A stretch of DNA of 64,000 nucleotides from Trueperaceae bacterium (GCA_965215565.1 CBDCDZ010000004.1:2208001-2272000), one strand, 5' to 3'; positions 1 to 12,681 are shown, numbered from the stretch's first letter. Made by a program: numbers and translations. The notes: generated by a model from the letters alone, not told the origin.

Positions 1-225
1 CTCGAGGATCGCCCAGCCATTATCTTCGAAGTGATCAACCACGAACATCACTTCCGATACAGGCGCTGAGTATCGGTCTGCAAAAGTAGTAGCGACAAAG
101 TATGTCAACGCATTGAGCACTACCATGAGAACGACAACTTTGAAAACGGAGCGTTTCAACCAACTTAGCTGTAATTTGAGAATGCTCTGCGCCGTCCGCT
201 GAGTTGGGCTTTGCTGAAAAACCAT
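1..225 (-). CDS. DUF3006-like protein, N-terminal part (runs off window start)
   Basis: Manual translation from ATG 225 (RBS GGAGGT at 235-240): MVFQQSPTQ...hydrophobic helix...FVVDHFEDNGWAILE, resembling the DUF3006 'DrfE..AvlE' motif; not in the ORF track. Confidence 0.55.
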   Translation of the reverse strand, partial: MVFQQSPTQRTAQSILKLQLSWLKRSVFKVVVLMVVLNALTYFVATTFADRYSAPVSEVMFVVDHFEDNGWAILE

Positions 226-266
226 CCGTTTGAAACCTCCGTAAAGCAGCTTTTGCTGAAACTACA

Positions 267-398
267 TAGCAGGTATCATCTGGTCTGAGTGTACGAAGTT
301 TTGCGAAGCAACACCCTCACTGTAGAAAACACTGTTTAGCACGCACGTTGTGAGGTGATACCTGCGGCACTCCGTCTCAATATGTTTTGGAAGTGCTA
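267..398. repeat. MITE-like dispersed element, copy 1
   Basis: TAGCAGGTATCATCTGGT...TAGCACGCAC...TGATACCTGCGGCA...GGAAGTGCTA; matches three other intergenic copies. Confidence 0.8.
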
Positions 399-474
399 TA
401 CACACGCCTAGTAAGCAAAGTCTCGAGCCCGAACAACACCGCTTGACCTCGAGCGTTTACGGTATGCTTTTTAG

Positions 475-1404
475 GTGAGTGTCGAAACCTTGAAAGAACG
501 CTTCCTCGAGCATAATGAACGCGCCCTAGCCAGAGCAATCAGCCTGCTCGAGCGCGGTCAACCCGAGGGACAAACCCTCCTTAAAGCGGTGCGTTCAAGA
601 GGTGGCAAAGCGCGCATCGTCGGGCTGACGGGCTCACCGGGGAGCGGCAAGAGCACCTTGGCGGACCGCCTTATCGGAGAGGTGCGGGGGCGCTCCCAAG
701 AGGTCGCCGTCGTCGCAGTGGACCCTACGAGCCCCTACAGCGGCGGCGCGATTTTGGGCGACAGAATCCGCATGATGCGCCATCACAAAGACCCCGGCGT
801 CTATATTCGCTCGATGGCAACGAGAGGTCATCTGGGCGGCTTAGCAGCGGCAACTTTGCAGGTTATCGCCCTTTTAGACGCCTACGGCTTCGACTATATC
901 TTTGTGGAAACCGTCGGCGTCGGTCAGTCGGAGGTGGATATCGTGCAAGTGGCGGACTCCACCGTGCTCGTCCTCAACCCAGGCCAGGGCGACGGCGTGC
1001 AGGCGTTCAAAGCGGGCATCATGGAAATCGCGGACATCTTTGCTATCAATAAAGCGGACCATGACGGCACCGGACGCTTAAAACGCGAGATTGGGGCGGC
1101 GTTGGACCTCGGCACGTGGGAAGAGGGCGCGTGGCGTCCGCCGCTGCAAGAAACTGTGGCCTCAGAAGGTAAGGGCAGCGAAGACCTCTTGGCGCACCTC
1201 GCTGAGCACTACGAATACCTAAAAGCGACGGGCGGACTAGAGGAGCGTAGGCGCAGCCGGGCTCGCTTTGAAATCTCCGCGGTGGTCACTGCGCAGGTGC
1301 AACGGCGCGTCCTAGCGGACGAGGCGCGTTACGTCGAGGCGGTGCTCAGGGGCGAACTCTCGCCTTCTGAGGTGGTGGAGGATTTGCTGGGCTCGAGGGT
1401 ATAA
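475..1404 (+). CDS. meaB: Methylmalonyl-CoA mutase-associated GTPase (MeaB/ArgK)
   Basis: GLTGSPGSGKST P-loop, VDPTSPYSGGAILGDRIRM, ETVGVGQSE, NKAD. Confidence 0.93.
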   Translation: MSVETLKERFLEHNERALARAISLLERGQPEGQTLLKAVRSRGGKARIVGLTGSPGSGKSTLADRLIGEVRGRSQEVAVVAVDPTSPYSGGAILGDRIRMMRHHKDPGVYIRSMATRGHLGGLAAATLQVIALLDAYGFDYIFVETVGVGQSEVDIVQVADSTVLVLNPGQGDGVQAFKAGIMEIADIFAINKADHDGTGRLKREIGAALDLGTWEEGAWRPPLQETVASEGKGSEDLLAHLAEHYEYLKATGGLEERRRSRARFEISAVVTAQVQRRVLADEARYVEAVLRGELSPSEVVEDLLGSRV

Positions 1405-1410
1405 GAGCGC

Positions 1411-1458
1411 GTCAGCACTTCAGGAAAACCTTGACAAGCTGACTGGCTGAGATGCTAA
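1411..1458. repeat. GCTGAC/GCTGAGATGCT oligomer-array repeat
   Basis: Reverse complement of 1411-1447 closely matches 13954-13990; related array at 56218-56292. Confidence 0.65.
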
Positions 1459-1513
1459 TAAGTTTGAATTTGGAATGCCATGATGTAGGTAACGTCTCAA
1501 AAGTGCGGACTAA

Positions 1514-2687
<1,174 letters not shown>

Positions 2688-2877
2688 GGTCGAGTAACGA
2701 GCAATGAGCCTGAAGGGTTTCACTTTCAACTCATTGTTTTTAACTCGTCGCTCCCTTTGTCACTAACCCTACGCCCTTTTTGTCAGCCTGAGCGTATACT
2801 TTTTGTAGTGACTTAGAAACGCATCCACCCAACTGGACAACCCAAAAACAACTTAGCTCAGTTCGAAAGGACACTTT

Positions 2878-3861
2878 ATGTCTTATCTACTTCGCGGTAT
2901 AGCGGCGAATGGGGGCGTTCGCGTGGTTGCCGCTGACGCGACACAACTCGTCGAAGAGGCGCGAGTACGCCACGATACCTCACCGACTGCAACTGCGGCA
3001 CTCGGGCGCACCCTCACGGGCGCACTTCTCCTCGCGCACGTCCTCTTAAAAAATCCACAGGACCGCGTGACCTTGCGCTTGCGCGGCGACGGTCCGATGG
3101 GCGGCACCATCGCAGACGCGGGCTTGGATGGCTCGGTGCGCGGTTACGTGACGAATCCGAACACCTACGTGCCGCTCAGACCGGACGGCAAGCTCAACGT
3201 GGGCGGCGCGCTCGGCAAGGGCGACTTACAAGTGATTCGCGCCCACGCCCCTTACGGCGACCCCTATAGCTCATCGGTTGACCTCGTCACGGGCGAAGTC
3301 GCGGAGGACATCGCGGTCTTCTTAGCGCAGTCCGAGCAGATCAGTTCCGCTGTGCTCGTCGGCGTGTACATGGAACGTAACGGCGTCGTCAAGTCGGGCG
3401 GCGTGATCTTACAGGCCTTACCGGACGCAGACCCCGCCGCTTTAGACCTCTTGGAAGCGAACGTCAAGGCGGTAGGTCAACTCACCGACGCGATGCAGCG
3501 CGTCTCTTTACTAGAGATTGTAGAGGAACTCTGCTGGGGTCTGGATTTCAAGCTCTTGACCCAAGACGCCCTGCCACTTAGGTTCGAGTGCCACTGTAGC
3601 GACGAAAAAGCGCTCGACGCGCTCGCTTACTTTTCACCCGAAGAGCGCGAGCAGATGATCGAAGAGGACGGCGGCGCAGAAGCCGTGTGCCACTGGTGCG
3701 GCGAAAAGCGCTGGATGACACCGGAGCAGATTCGTACCATCTCGAGCGACGAGATTCGCTGCCCCGAGTGCGACACCCTTTGGTACCGCGAAGGGCAAGT
3801 GACGATGGTGCGCGAGTCGGAGCGGTGCGCGTGCGGGGTGCCGGTGCAACTTCCAGCTTAA
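2878..3861 (+). CDS. hslO: Hsp33 redox-regulated chaperone with C-terminal Cys-rich extension
   Basis: HDTSPTATAALGR, GKLNVGGALG, CHC...CHWC zinc motif. Confidence 0.92.
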   Translation: MSYLLRGIAANGGVRVVAADATQLVEEARVRHDTSPTATAALGRTLTGALLLAHVLLKNPQDRVTLRLRGDGPMGGTIADAGLDGSVRGYVTNPNTYVPLRPDGKLNVGGALGKGDLQVIRAHAPYGDPYSSSVDLVTGEVAEDIAVFLAQSEQISSAVLVGVYMERNGVVKSGGVILQALPDADPAALDLLEANVKAVGQLTDAMQRVSLLEIVEELCWGLDFKLLTQDALPLRFECHCSDEKALDALAYFSPEEREQMIEEDGGAEAVCHWCGEKRWMTPEQIRTISSDEIRCPECDTLWYREGQVTMVRESERCACGVPVQLPA

Positions 3862-3880
3862 ACTTCTGAATTCAGTTTAG

Positions 3881-3920
3881 GGTGGCGCAGCAAGCAACGC
3901 TGCGCCACCTCTTCTTTTTT
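3881..3920 (+). terminator. Intrinsic terminator after hslO
   Basis: 11-bp stem GGTGGCGCAGC/GCTGCGCCACC followed by a T-rich tract. Confidence 0.8.
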
Positions 3921-4149
3921 GGTTTAGCTCGAAAAAAAGTGTTGCCGAAAAGTGAAAATTTACAGCGCAGCAGCCCAAAACCCCTCAAACTAACCCTATG
4001 CCAGACCTCTTCGGCTTCATTCTAAATGCCGTCACGAACTTCTTCGCACCACTTTACAACGCCGACAAACGACCCGAGGCACGAAAGATAACCGTCCAAC
4101 TTTTTTTCGTTATGACGGTCATCTCACTCATCCTCTTTTTACTCTTGCG

Positions 4150-5046
4150 CTAGACGCTTACTAGTTGACTCGCCGCGTACCGCGCCACCTTTGCGGGAAT
4201 GTCTACTCCCGTCGTCGCAACCGAGTTTCTAAACTCCATTGTATGGTTCACTTCGACGACGAGTAAACCGCGCTCACTCTCGACTAAATCCACCGCGACC
4301 ACGCCGCCGCCCACCGCTTCGGCTGCGCGTAGCGAGATATCTTCAAGCGAGTCATAAAGCGGGCAGTTCGTCGCCGTCGCCCCCCTCGCCGTATTGGTAA
4401 TCCAATGCTCCGAGTTGCGGTAAATAGCCGCGACGACCTCACCGCCGACGACAAAGGCGCGAATGTCCCGCCCCGGCTTCTGCACAAACTCCTGAAAGTA
4501 GAAAACCTTGTGCTGCGGCCCGCCCAGGACCTCTTTGTGCTCCAGAACGGCTTCCACCGCGTCACGGTCATTGAGCTTCGTGACCATACGCCCCCACGAG
4601 CCGACGACGGGCTTCATGACGACGGGGTAGCCGAAGTCTTCGCAAATTTCTAAGGCGGACTCGCAGGTAAATGCAACCGCTGTGCGCGGTGTGGGAACGC
4701 CTGCACGAGCGAGTGCCGCGTTCGTCGCCAGCTTATCTCCACAAGTTTCGATAACGTCAGGTGCATTCAGTACGGTTGCGCCTAACGCAGTGAAAATACG
4801 ACTGATTGCCAAACCTCTCGTCTGCGACATGCAGCGCTCAATTACTACGTCATAGTGGGCGAGGCCCCTAAGGTCCCCAAAATCCGCTTTGATATCGGGC
4901 GCGTAGAGCTTTTCAAAAGGGATGTTCTTGCGCTCCAAAGCGTCAAAGAGCAAACGCTCTTCGGGGCGCAAGCGGTCATAGACGACGGCGAGACGAGGGG
5001 TAGTCTGAACGGTATTTTCTGCGGGACATTCTAAGGTTGAAATCAT
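4150..5046 (-). CDS. lysX: Alpha-aminoadipate--LysW ligase (ATP-grasp, RimK family)
   Basis: [35 protein letters not shown]; adjacent to lysW. Confidence 0.93.
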   Translation of the reverse strand: MISTLECPAENTVQTTPRLAVVYDRLRPEERLLFDALERKNIPFEKLYAPDIKADFGDLRGLAHYDVVIERCMSQTRGLAISRIFTALGATVLNAPDVIETCGDKLATNAALARAGVPTPRTAVAFTCESALEICEDFGYPVVMKPVVGSWGRMVTKLNDRDAVEAVLEHKEVLGGPQHKVFYFQEFVQKPGRDIRAFVVGGEVVAAIYRNSEHWITNTARGATATNCPLYDSLEDISLRAAEAVGGGVVAVDLVESERGLLVVEVNHTMEFRNSVATTGVDIPAKVARYAASQLVSV

Positions 5047-5123
5047 AGTAATTTGGGAGTTTAGCTTTTAGCGCCCGAGTACCAACTTCTGTTTAAGAGG
5101 TTTAGCACCCACAGCTAAACGCT

Positions 5124-5279
5124 TTACTCTCCCCAATCCTCCTCTTCTTCGGGGGCAAGCTCGAGCTTGAGCGGACTTACTTTCACCACTTCTAGCTCGC
5201 TGCCGCAGTCGTCACAAACGATGAGTTCGCCTTGCTCTAAGCCTTCGGAATCTATTTCGTTGCCGCATTCTGGACACAT
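5124..5279 (-). CDS. lysW: Amino-group carrier protein LysW (51 aa, missed by the ORF track)
   Basis: Manual translation MCPECGNE...CDDCGSELEV...APEEEEDWGE*; two CxxC motifs and C-terminal EDWGE; AGGAG RBS 8 nt upstream. Confidence 0.95.
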   Translation of the reverse strand: MCPECGNEIDSEGLEQGELIVCDDCGSELEVVKVSPLKLELAPEEEEDWGE

Positions 5280-5304
5280 CTTCAAATCTCCTTGAATCTC
5301 TTAA

Positions 5305-5826
5305 TTACTGCGTTTCGTTGGGTGCTTCGCCCGCTGTTTCTCCAGGGAAACGCTGATGTTTTCGGTAGAACTCTAAAATCGAACCCGCTTCCAAAGCCTC
5401 GCGTAGGAAGTCGGGCGGCGGCGTAAGACGAAACACTTCATCACCGCGCTGAATTACACCGGAAGCAAGGTCAAAGCTCACCTCGTCGCCGTCTCGCAAG
5501 AGGTCAGGAACCTCTTTAGACTCGAACGCAGGGATACCCAAGTTGAGCAGATTGCGGTAGTGAATCCGCGCAAACGACTCCGCGATAATCGCGCCGACGC
5601 CCAGCTTCTTGAGAGCTTGCGGGGCGTATTCCCTGGACGACCCCAAGCCCCAATTACGCCCGCCGATAAGCAAATCTCCCGGCTGCACTTCCCTAGCAAA
5701 TTCAGGGCGCATGTGCGCGAAAGCGTAGGTCTGAAACTTGTTCTCACCGACCATAAAAGGGGCGTACTTACCGGGGAGGATGTCGTCGGTGTTGATGCTG
5801 TCGCCGAATTTCCAGATTTTAGGCAT
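5305..5826 (-). CDS. lysU: Homoaconitase small subunit (LeuD-like)
   Basis: GDSINTDDILPG, NWGLGSSREYA; lysine operon context. Confidence 0.88.
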   Translation of the reverse strand: MPKIWKFGDSINTDDILPGKYAPFMVGENKFQTYAFAHMRPEFAREVQPGDLLIGGRNWGLGSSREYAPQALKKLGVGAIIAESFARIHYRNLLNLGIPAFESKEVPDLLRDGDEVSFDLASGVIQRGDEVFRLTPPPDFLREALEAGSILEFYRKHQRFPGETAGEAPNETQ

Positions 5827-7055
5827 GAACGACCTCTCGCTCAGGCAAGCTCAGCGTGCCATTTAGCGCCGTCGCCGCTGCCACTGCCGGACTCGCCAAG
5901 AAAATCTTTGCTTCCGGGCTCCCCATGCGTCCCATGAAGTTGCGGTTCGAAGTCGAGACGCAGACCTCGCCAGGGGCTAGGACGCCCATGTGCCGACCCA
6001 TGCAAGGACCGCAGCCGGGAGTGCCAAAGGTTGCGCCCGCCGCAAGAAGTGTGCCGAAGGTTCCATCTGCCGCCGCCTGCTCTAACACTTGCGAGCTTGC
6101 CGGGATGACGAGCAGGCGGGTTCCCTCTGCAACATGCTTGCCGCGTAAGATATTCGCGACTTCGTGCAGGTCATCCAAGCGTCCGTTCGTGCAGGTGCCG
6201 ACGAAGACTTGATCAACAGGTGTGCCGATGAAGTCTTCTACGGGGTAAACATTGTCTACGTAAAAGGGGACAGAAACGACCGGAGAGAGGCTCGAGAGGT
6301 CAATTTCTACCTCTTTGCTGTAAGTTGCTTCAGGGTCTACCTCGAGCCACTCCGGTACGTCGTACTCCTCTAAAATCTCACCACTCGGCGGCACTAAACC
6401 AACTTTCGCACCTGCTTCAACAGCGAGGTTGGCAAGCGTCATTCGCTCGGATTTAGAGAAGCTTTCTGCGCCGTGATATTCAATACTGGCATAGGTCGCA
6501 CCGTCCGCCGTCAGTGTTTTGATGACCGAGAGCGCCACATCCTTCGCGCTTACGCCAGCAGGTCTCGCACCCACTAAGTTCACCCGAACGGTCTCGGGCA
6601 CCTTGAGCCACGTGCGCCCCGACGCTGCCGCTAATGCGATATCGGTTGCGCCCATGCCCGTTCCGAACGCGCAGACCGCCCCGTAAGTCGTCGAGTGCGA
6701 ATCCGAACCCAAGACAATCCAACCTGGACGCGCCAAGCCCTCTTCCATCAAAACCTGGTGGCAGATACCGCGCCCGATGTCGAAGACTTTAATGCCTTTC
6801 TCTTTCGCATACTGGCGCAAATTCTTCTGCGTCGTCGCCACTTCCACGTTCGAGGCGGGCGCGACGTGGTCAACTACGAAACAGACGCGCTCGGGGTGCT
6901 TGACCTCGCCGCCTAAGCTCTCCTCGATGACGCGAATCGCGCTCGGCGCAATTGAGTCCACGACCATGACTTGGTCAACTTCTACGACCGCGAGTTCGCC
7001 CGCTTGCACGCGCTTGCCTGAACGCACGGAGAGGATGCGCTCAGCGAGTGTTAGA

Positions 7056-7069
<14 letters not shown>
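5819..7069 (-). CDS. lysT: Homoaconitase large subunit (LeuC-like)
   Basis: GICHQV, DSHSTTYGA, GTCTNGR, PGCGPCMG, STSNRNF; start placed at GTG 7069. Confidence 0.9.
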
Positions 7070-8291
<1,222 letters not shown>

Positions 8292-8431
8292 TCACGCCAC
8301 GAATACACTCTTGACTCACGGCGAGCACGATTTGGGACACCTTGGAATTTAGACAGAGAGGAAAGTGCACTTACGAATCTTCAGCGGCTTACCAGCTTAG
8401 AGATTTTCGGCACACGTCTTTCACAAACGTC

Positions 8432-8461
8432 ACTTTAAGGGATGTTGGGCGCGCTTGTCAA
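8432..8461 (-). promoter_or_regulatory. Sigma70-type promoter of the lysine operon
   Basis: TTGACA (8461-8456), 18-nt spacer, TAAAGT (8437-8432). Confidence 0.6.
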
Positions 8462-8613
8462 ACCAAAAAAGTGCGTTGTAGACGCGCTTTTCCCTAGTTT
8501 TCAAAGGTTTATACGGAGGCTTACCGATGACTTCAAAGTGATTGACCTAACAGCTTGGAAATGCAAGTAAAAAGGTGAGTTAGACTTAAAAAACGAAAGT
8601 TAGCGTCTTATTC

Positions 8614-9018
8614 TCAACTGTGAAGGTCAACACGCCAGAGACCACTTTCTAACCTCTTCGCGCCGGGTTCAGCTAACCTCGCTTCATCCAGATAGAGATA
8701 CGCCCAGACCTCTTGATTTAGCGGATAGGCGACGGTTTTGATGCGCTCGTATTCGGGTGGGTCCCAGTGGCAGCCCTCGAGTTCGTCCAAAAGCGGCAGT
8801 GCCTGTCCGATATTTTCAAAGGTGAAGACGTTGCCGTGGACTTTTCCCTCACCCCTCGTGATGGCGGGGTAATCTTCGGGCTCGAGATGATAAAGCGTAA
8901 AGCCTTCGATATAGGCGTCTTGAGAGGTGAAGCGCCCACCTCTTTGCGCGACGCTGTGGTAGCGCCCGCCCGGTTTGAGGGTGCCGTAGACGAAGACGTG
9001 GGGGATAAGATCAGTCAA
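8614..9018 (-). CDS. Gamma-glutamylcyclotransferase family protein (YtfP/GGACT-like)
   Basis: VFVYGTLKPG, LDELEG...YER. Confidence 0.88.
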   Translation of the reverse strand: MTDLIPHVFVYGTLKPGGRYHSVAQRGGRFTSQDAYIEGFTLYHLEPEDYPAITRGEGKVHGNVFTFENIGQALPLLDELEGCHWDPPEYERIKTVAYPLNQEVWAYLYLDEARLAEPGAKRLESGLWRVDLHS

Positions 9019-9079
9019 GAGTTAGCATCTGTTTCAAAACTTGATCATTGCACTGCTTACGAAGACGCGCGAACTAAAG

Positions 9080-9604
9080 TTAAGTGTTGTTGCCTAAGTA
9101 CAGGGTTTTGATAGCATTGAGATGATGTCGCTCGTGACCAAGAATAACGTAAAGCAAACCGAGCACGCTTAGATTATCGTTATTTGCTTCGCCGAAAAGA
9201 GCTAACCGTTTGGGCGTCAGGCTTTCAAACATGGCAAGATTTGCTTTTCTCTGAGATAAGAGTTCTGTAGTAACGCTAGCCAAAGTACGTTGGTGGTAGC
9301 GCCCCTTACGAACATAGGTAGTTTTGTCGAAATCGTAGTCCAAGCGATTTTGCGTATCTCCGCGACTAAAGCGAAGCACGCGGAGCGAAAAAATGCGCTC
9401 TACATCAATAACATGCCCCACTACTTCGCGGATGCTCCATTTATCTTCCTCGTAGCGGAGTAAAGATTGCTCCTCACTGATACTGGATAGCAAAGACTCT
9501 GTAACCGCTAATTGACCTCTAAAAGCACTGACAATATCTGTTTCTTGAACATTATCAATGTAGCGTTGATATCTCTCGGGGTACTCTCCAGGACTAGGTG
9601 TCAT
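9080..9604 (-). CDS. DinB family protein
   Basis: KWSIREVVGHVIDVERIF and GHERHH. Confidence 0.85.
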   Translation of the reverse strand: MTPSPGEYPERYQRYIDNVQETDIVSAFRGQLAVTESLLSSISEEQSLLRYEEDKWSIREVVGHVIDVERIFSLRVLRFSRGDTQNRLDYDFDKTTYVRKGRYHQRTLASVTTELLSQRKANLAMFESLTPKRLALFGEANNDNLSVLGLLYVILGHERHHLNAIKTLYLGNNT

Positions 9605-9690
9605 CCTCGTATTTTACGACTAAGGTTTAAGTGCCAGTCTTGTGAAGCTTTGTAGCTTTGTGAAAGAGGACCTCGAGGCGTGCGCCATAT

Positions 9691-10164
9691 TCAAGGATCA
9701 GCTAAATCTGTATCAGGCTCGCCAGGGTGAGGATGTCCTATAGCACGCGCCATCGCTAGAGCCTGCCCCTTGTGATGAAATTCGTGGGTTATAGGATGAA
9801 GGATGAGCCAGCGCCTAGATAACGCAATGTCTTCTCCGGAGGAGGCTGTCCAGATAAGAGGTGCATCCAAGTCGGTAAAGCTGTCCAGCGCTTTTGAAAC
9901 GGCGGCATCTACTTCAGCAAATACGGTGCGTAAAGCCTGAACATCGTCCACTTCAACTGTAGACTCGTCTGCACCGAGACCCACCGTACCGACCCACCAC
10001 AAGTAGGTTTCTGCCACATGAGCCTGAATTGCGTTCAAACTACCGTAAGCAAAGCTGTCATCTTGCATGGTGAACACGTCGGGCGGCAGCGTCTCAAGCC
10101 AATCAAGCACTTTTGCTCTAGTGCGCTTTGTGAGGTCATAAAAGGTTCGTAAGTCCTGATTCAT
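9691..10164 (-). CDS. DinB family protein
   Basis: HVAETYLWW and HPITHEFHHKGQ. Confidence 0.85.
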   Translation of the reverse strand: MNQDLRTFYDLTKRTRAKVLDWLETLPPDVFTMQDDSFAYGSLNAIQAHVAETYLWWVGTVGLGADESTVEVDDVQALRTVFAEVDAAVSKALDSFTDLDAPLIWTASSGEDIALSRRWLILHPITHEFHHKGQALAMARAIGHPHPGEPDTDLADP

Positions 10165-10221
10165 ACTTCAGGGTAAACCTTTTGAGCGCGGATAGTTGCA
10201 GATTCAGCTTGGAGTATGCTT

Positions 10222-10686
10222 TTACATCTCTACACCAATAACAACAGACATAAGCTCATAACGGTCTCTAGCAACGAAGCCTAAGGTTGCGTAAAAGCGC
10301 CGCGCCTGTTCGTTTGTCTTAGCCACTTCCAAATGAAGGGCGACGACTTTGTGCTGAGCAAGTTCGGACTTAACTCGAGCAATCACCTTTGAGCCCACCC
10401 CCAAACCTCTGTTCGGCTCGCTGATAAAAAACTCATCAAGATAGGCGTCTCGCCCTCCTAACTCGATACTGTAGCCAAAGGTAATCACGATGTAGCCGAT
10501 TACTTTTTCTTGAATGCGAACAAGCCAGATACGACCTAAAGCGGCGTCTGTAAGCAAGGGACTCACCGCGTTGCGCCTCTCTACATCAGACATACTGATT
10601 TCCTCAAAGTCGTGGTAAGCACGCATGAGAGGTAGCAGGTCTTCTAAGTTTTGAGAAGTAGCGGTTTTGATGTCAAAGTCGGTCAT
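10222..10686 (-). CDS. GNAT family N-acetyltransferase
   Basis: LDEFFI..RGLGVGS and N..ARRFY..LGF. Confidence 0.88.
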   Translation of the reverse strand: MTDFDIKTATSQNLEDLLPLMRAYHDFEEISMSDVERRNAVSPLLTDAALGRIWLVRIQEKVIGYIVITFGYSIELGGRDAYLDEFFISEPNRGLGVGSKVIARVKSELAQHKVVALHLEVAKTNEQARRFYATLGFVARDRYELMSVVIGVEM

Positions 10687-10753
10687 GGGGTTGTGGTGTG
10701 GCTTGGTTTAGGTTCTCGAGCCGCTATGCAAAGAGGTCTTTCGTAAACGCCTT

Positions 10754-11482
10754 CTACTTTAGAGAAACCTTATTATAGATGACGGGCATCTGCCCCTGCC
10801 ATCTTTGCCACGTCATCTCATCCGTGACGAGGTCAGCCATGAAGTGTGCCACGTTGACGCGGCTCGTTTGACCCGGATCAAAGATAGCGCTTCTCGTCGG
10901 TGAGGCGTGCAGTTCGTAGGCGCTCACGCTAGCTTCGTTCGTTAAACCGTCGGGACGAACGGCAGCCCACTCGGTTGCTTTATCATTTTGACCCACCTCA
11001 GTTCGCAGGTAGTCGGCAGCTTCTTCGTTATCTGCGTGGGGCGGTAAGAGGCGGCGGAGCAGCGCAACGACGACTTTTTGACCCTGGGAAATGGGCTCAT
11101 CAAGGTCACGGTTGCTGTTGCCAGCGGTGTTCATCAGAACGAACTTAACGGGCTTAGCAGGCGTGTTCGTTTTGATGGCGTGGCACAGTCGCCGGGTTGC
11201 CTCGGTGACGAGCCTGCGCGGATGACCGTAAAGACCTTTCAAGGTCATGTTATGCCCTAAACACGAAGCAACGGCGTCACAACCTTTTACGTGCTGAGCC
11301 AACTCAGCGTCGCTAAGCTCTAAAAGGCTCGCTCGGATGGTAGAGAGGTTTTCATGCTGCCTGAGTTCTGCGGGTAGTTTGTTAGGACGCACGATAACCT
11401 TGACGTTCTGCCCGCGCTCCAGTAGTTGCGCCACGAGCAACCGCCCCGTCGCGCCGCTTGCGCCGACGACAAGGGTTTTCAT
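10754..11482 (-). CDS. NAD(P)-binding oxidoreductase (atypical SDR)
   Basis: N-terminal GASGATG Rossmann motif, VRPDGL, SRVNVAHFM. Confidence 0.85.
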   Translation of the reverse strand: MKTLVVGASGATGRLLVAQLLERGQNVKVIVRPNKLPAELRQHENLSTIRASLLELSDAELAQHVKGCDAVASCLGHNMTLKGLYGHPRRLVTEATRRLCHAIKTNTPAKPVKFVLMNTAGNSNRDLDEPISQGQKVVVALLRRLLPPHADNEEAADYLRTEVGQNDKATEWAAVRPDGLTNEASVSAYELHASPTRSAIFDPGQTSRVNVAHFMADLVTDEMTWQRWQGQMPVIYNKVSLK

Positions 11483-11519
11483 TTTTTACTCTGTTTGCTT
11501 GTGTAACTACTCATATGGG

Positions 11520-11645
11520 TTAAGGTCATCATGCTTACAATCTACTAAAAATTATGTCGGGATGAATCCTTCAAAAGGAGGAAGAGGTTGTAGAGACCTT
11601 TCTCGACTTTACGAAAGGGGACCTCGAGGCGTGCACCACGTTCGA
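11520..11645 (+). pseudogene. Degenerate, internally deleted DUF433 antitoxin remnant
   Basis: Translates EEEVVETFLDFTKGDLEAC vs EEEILEDFPDLTKEDFKAC in the intact gene at 12451; shares upstream AAGGTCATC. Confidence 0.6.
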
Positions 11646-11659
11646 ATGATCATTAACCC

Positions 11660-12268
11660 TTACCAAATCTCGCCCAGCTCGAGCACAAACCCCTCTAAAA
11701 CCCCAGTTCCTCTAATCTCTTGGGGGTGCTCTTGTTCTTCCACGCCTTCAGAAGTATAGATGTAAATGCGCCTCTCTTGTGGGTCGATGAGCCAACCTAG
11801 CTCCGAACCGTTCTCCAAATACTCCTGCATCTTGTCCTTGACGACTTCTAAACGGTCCGTAGGCGAGCGAAGCTCTAGGACAAATTCAGGGCATACGGGT
11901 GGATGTTTATCCATCTGCGCGGGGGTGAGTTCAGCTAATTTATCTCTGCTCACCCAAGACACATCAGGGGAACGAACTGCGCCGCTAGGCAAGCGGAAGC
12001 CTGTTGAGGAATCGAAAATTTTACCGCGCTTATCTTGACGGTTCCAAGCGACAAACTGGTAGGTGAGTTCTGCGTTGCGGTTTCCTGTACGTCCTCCGGC
12101 GGGTGGCATGACGATAAGTTCTACTCGAGCACTAAGTTCCATGCGGAGGTCTCGGTTAGCCTGAGCAACGTCGAAAAACGTGTCAGCGTTTAAGTCAAAT
12201 GGGGGACTAAGACGCATGACGAGTGGGTGCCAATTGATGGAGCGTTCTTTGAGCGTATCCACAAACAC
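11660..12268 (-). CDS. Uma2 family (DUF820) endonuclease-like protein
   Basis: FDSSTGFRLP, RSPDVSW, PEFVLELRSPTD, GWLIDP. Confidence 0.92.
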   Translation of the reverse strand: MFVDTLKERSINWHPLVMRLSPPFDLNADTFFDVAQANRDLRMELSARVELIVMPPAGGRTGNRNAELTYQFVAWNRQDKRGKIFDSSTGFRLPSGAVRSPDVSWVSRDKLAELTPAQMDKHPPVCPEFVLELRSPTDRLEVVKDKMQEYLENGSELGWLIDPQERRIYIYTSEGVEEQEHPQEIRGTGVLEGFVLELGEIW

Positions 12269-12329
12269 CTCCTTTTCTTTTAGGCGTGCTACATCCTATT
12301 TTAGCCTACTGAAAACCATCTGAGCACTG

Positions 12330-12396
12330 CTACGTTCCTAGCGTCACCACGCAAAGAGGGATTTCATGAGCCCCATCGACTTGCAGGAGCCTCGAG
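12330..12396 (-). pseudogene. Orphan duplicate of the last 21 codons plus stop of the SagB-like gene
   Basis: Encodes SRLLQVDGAHEIPLCVVTLGT*, identical to 13055-13121 at protein level. Confidence 0.92.
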
Positions 12397-12450
12397 CAGA
12401 CTGAAGAGTAAAAACTTGCTATCTATTAAAGGTCATCTTACACTTTCTCT

Positions 12451-12681
12451 ATGAACTATCAGGATTACATCACTATTGACCCCAATAAACGAGGGGGCAA
12501 ACCTTGCGTTCGGGGACTCCGAATCACCGTTTACGAGGTGCTCGATTATTTAGCTTCGGACATGACCGAAGAGGAGATTTTAGAGGACTTCCCCGACCTT
12601 ACGAAAGAAGACTTCAAGGCGTGTATTGCATTTGCGGCTGAGCGCGAACGCCGTTTTTTGACCGTTCCACCTGCGGCGTGA
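12451..12681 (+). CDS. DUF433 family antitoxin
   Basis: ITIDP.KRGGKPCVRGLRITV...EILEDFPDLT.ED..AC. Confidence 0.92.
   Translation: MNYQDYITIDPNKRGGKPCVRGLRITVYEVLDYLASDMTEEEILEDFPDLTKEDFKACIAFAAERERRFLTVPPAA

Noticed and set aside
267..398. Dispersed repeats as a CRISPR array or a hammerhead ribozyme
   Set aside because: Copies are kilobases apart with no repeat-spacer period and no cas genes; no intact CUGANGA...GAAA core was seen.
9019..12450. Integron attC sites between the accessory genes
   Set aside because: No spacer shows paired RYYYAAC...GTTRRRY boxes with internal dyad symmetry, and no intI is present.
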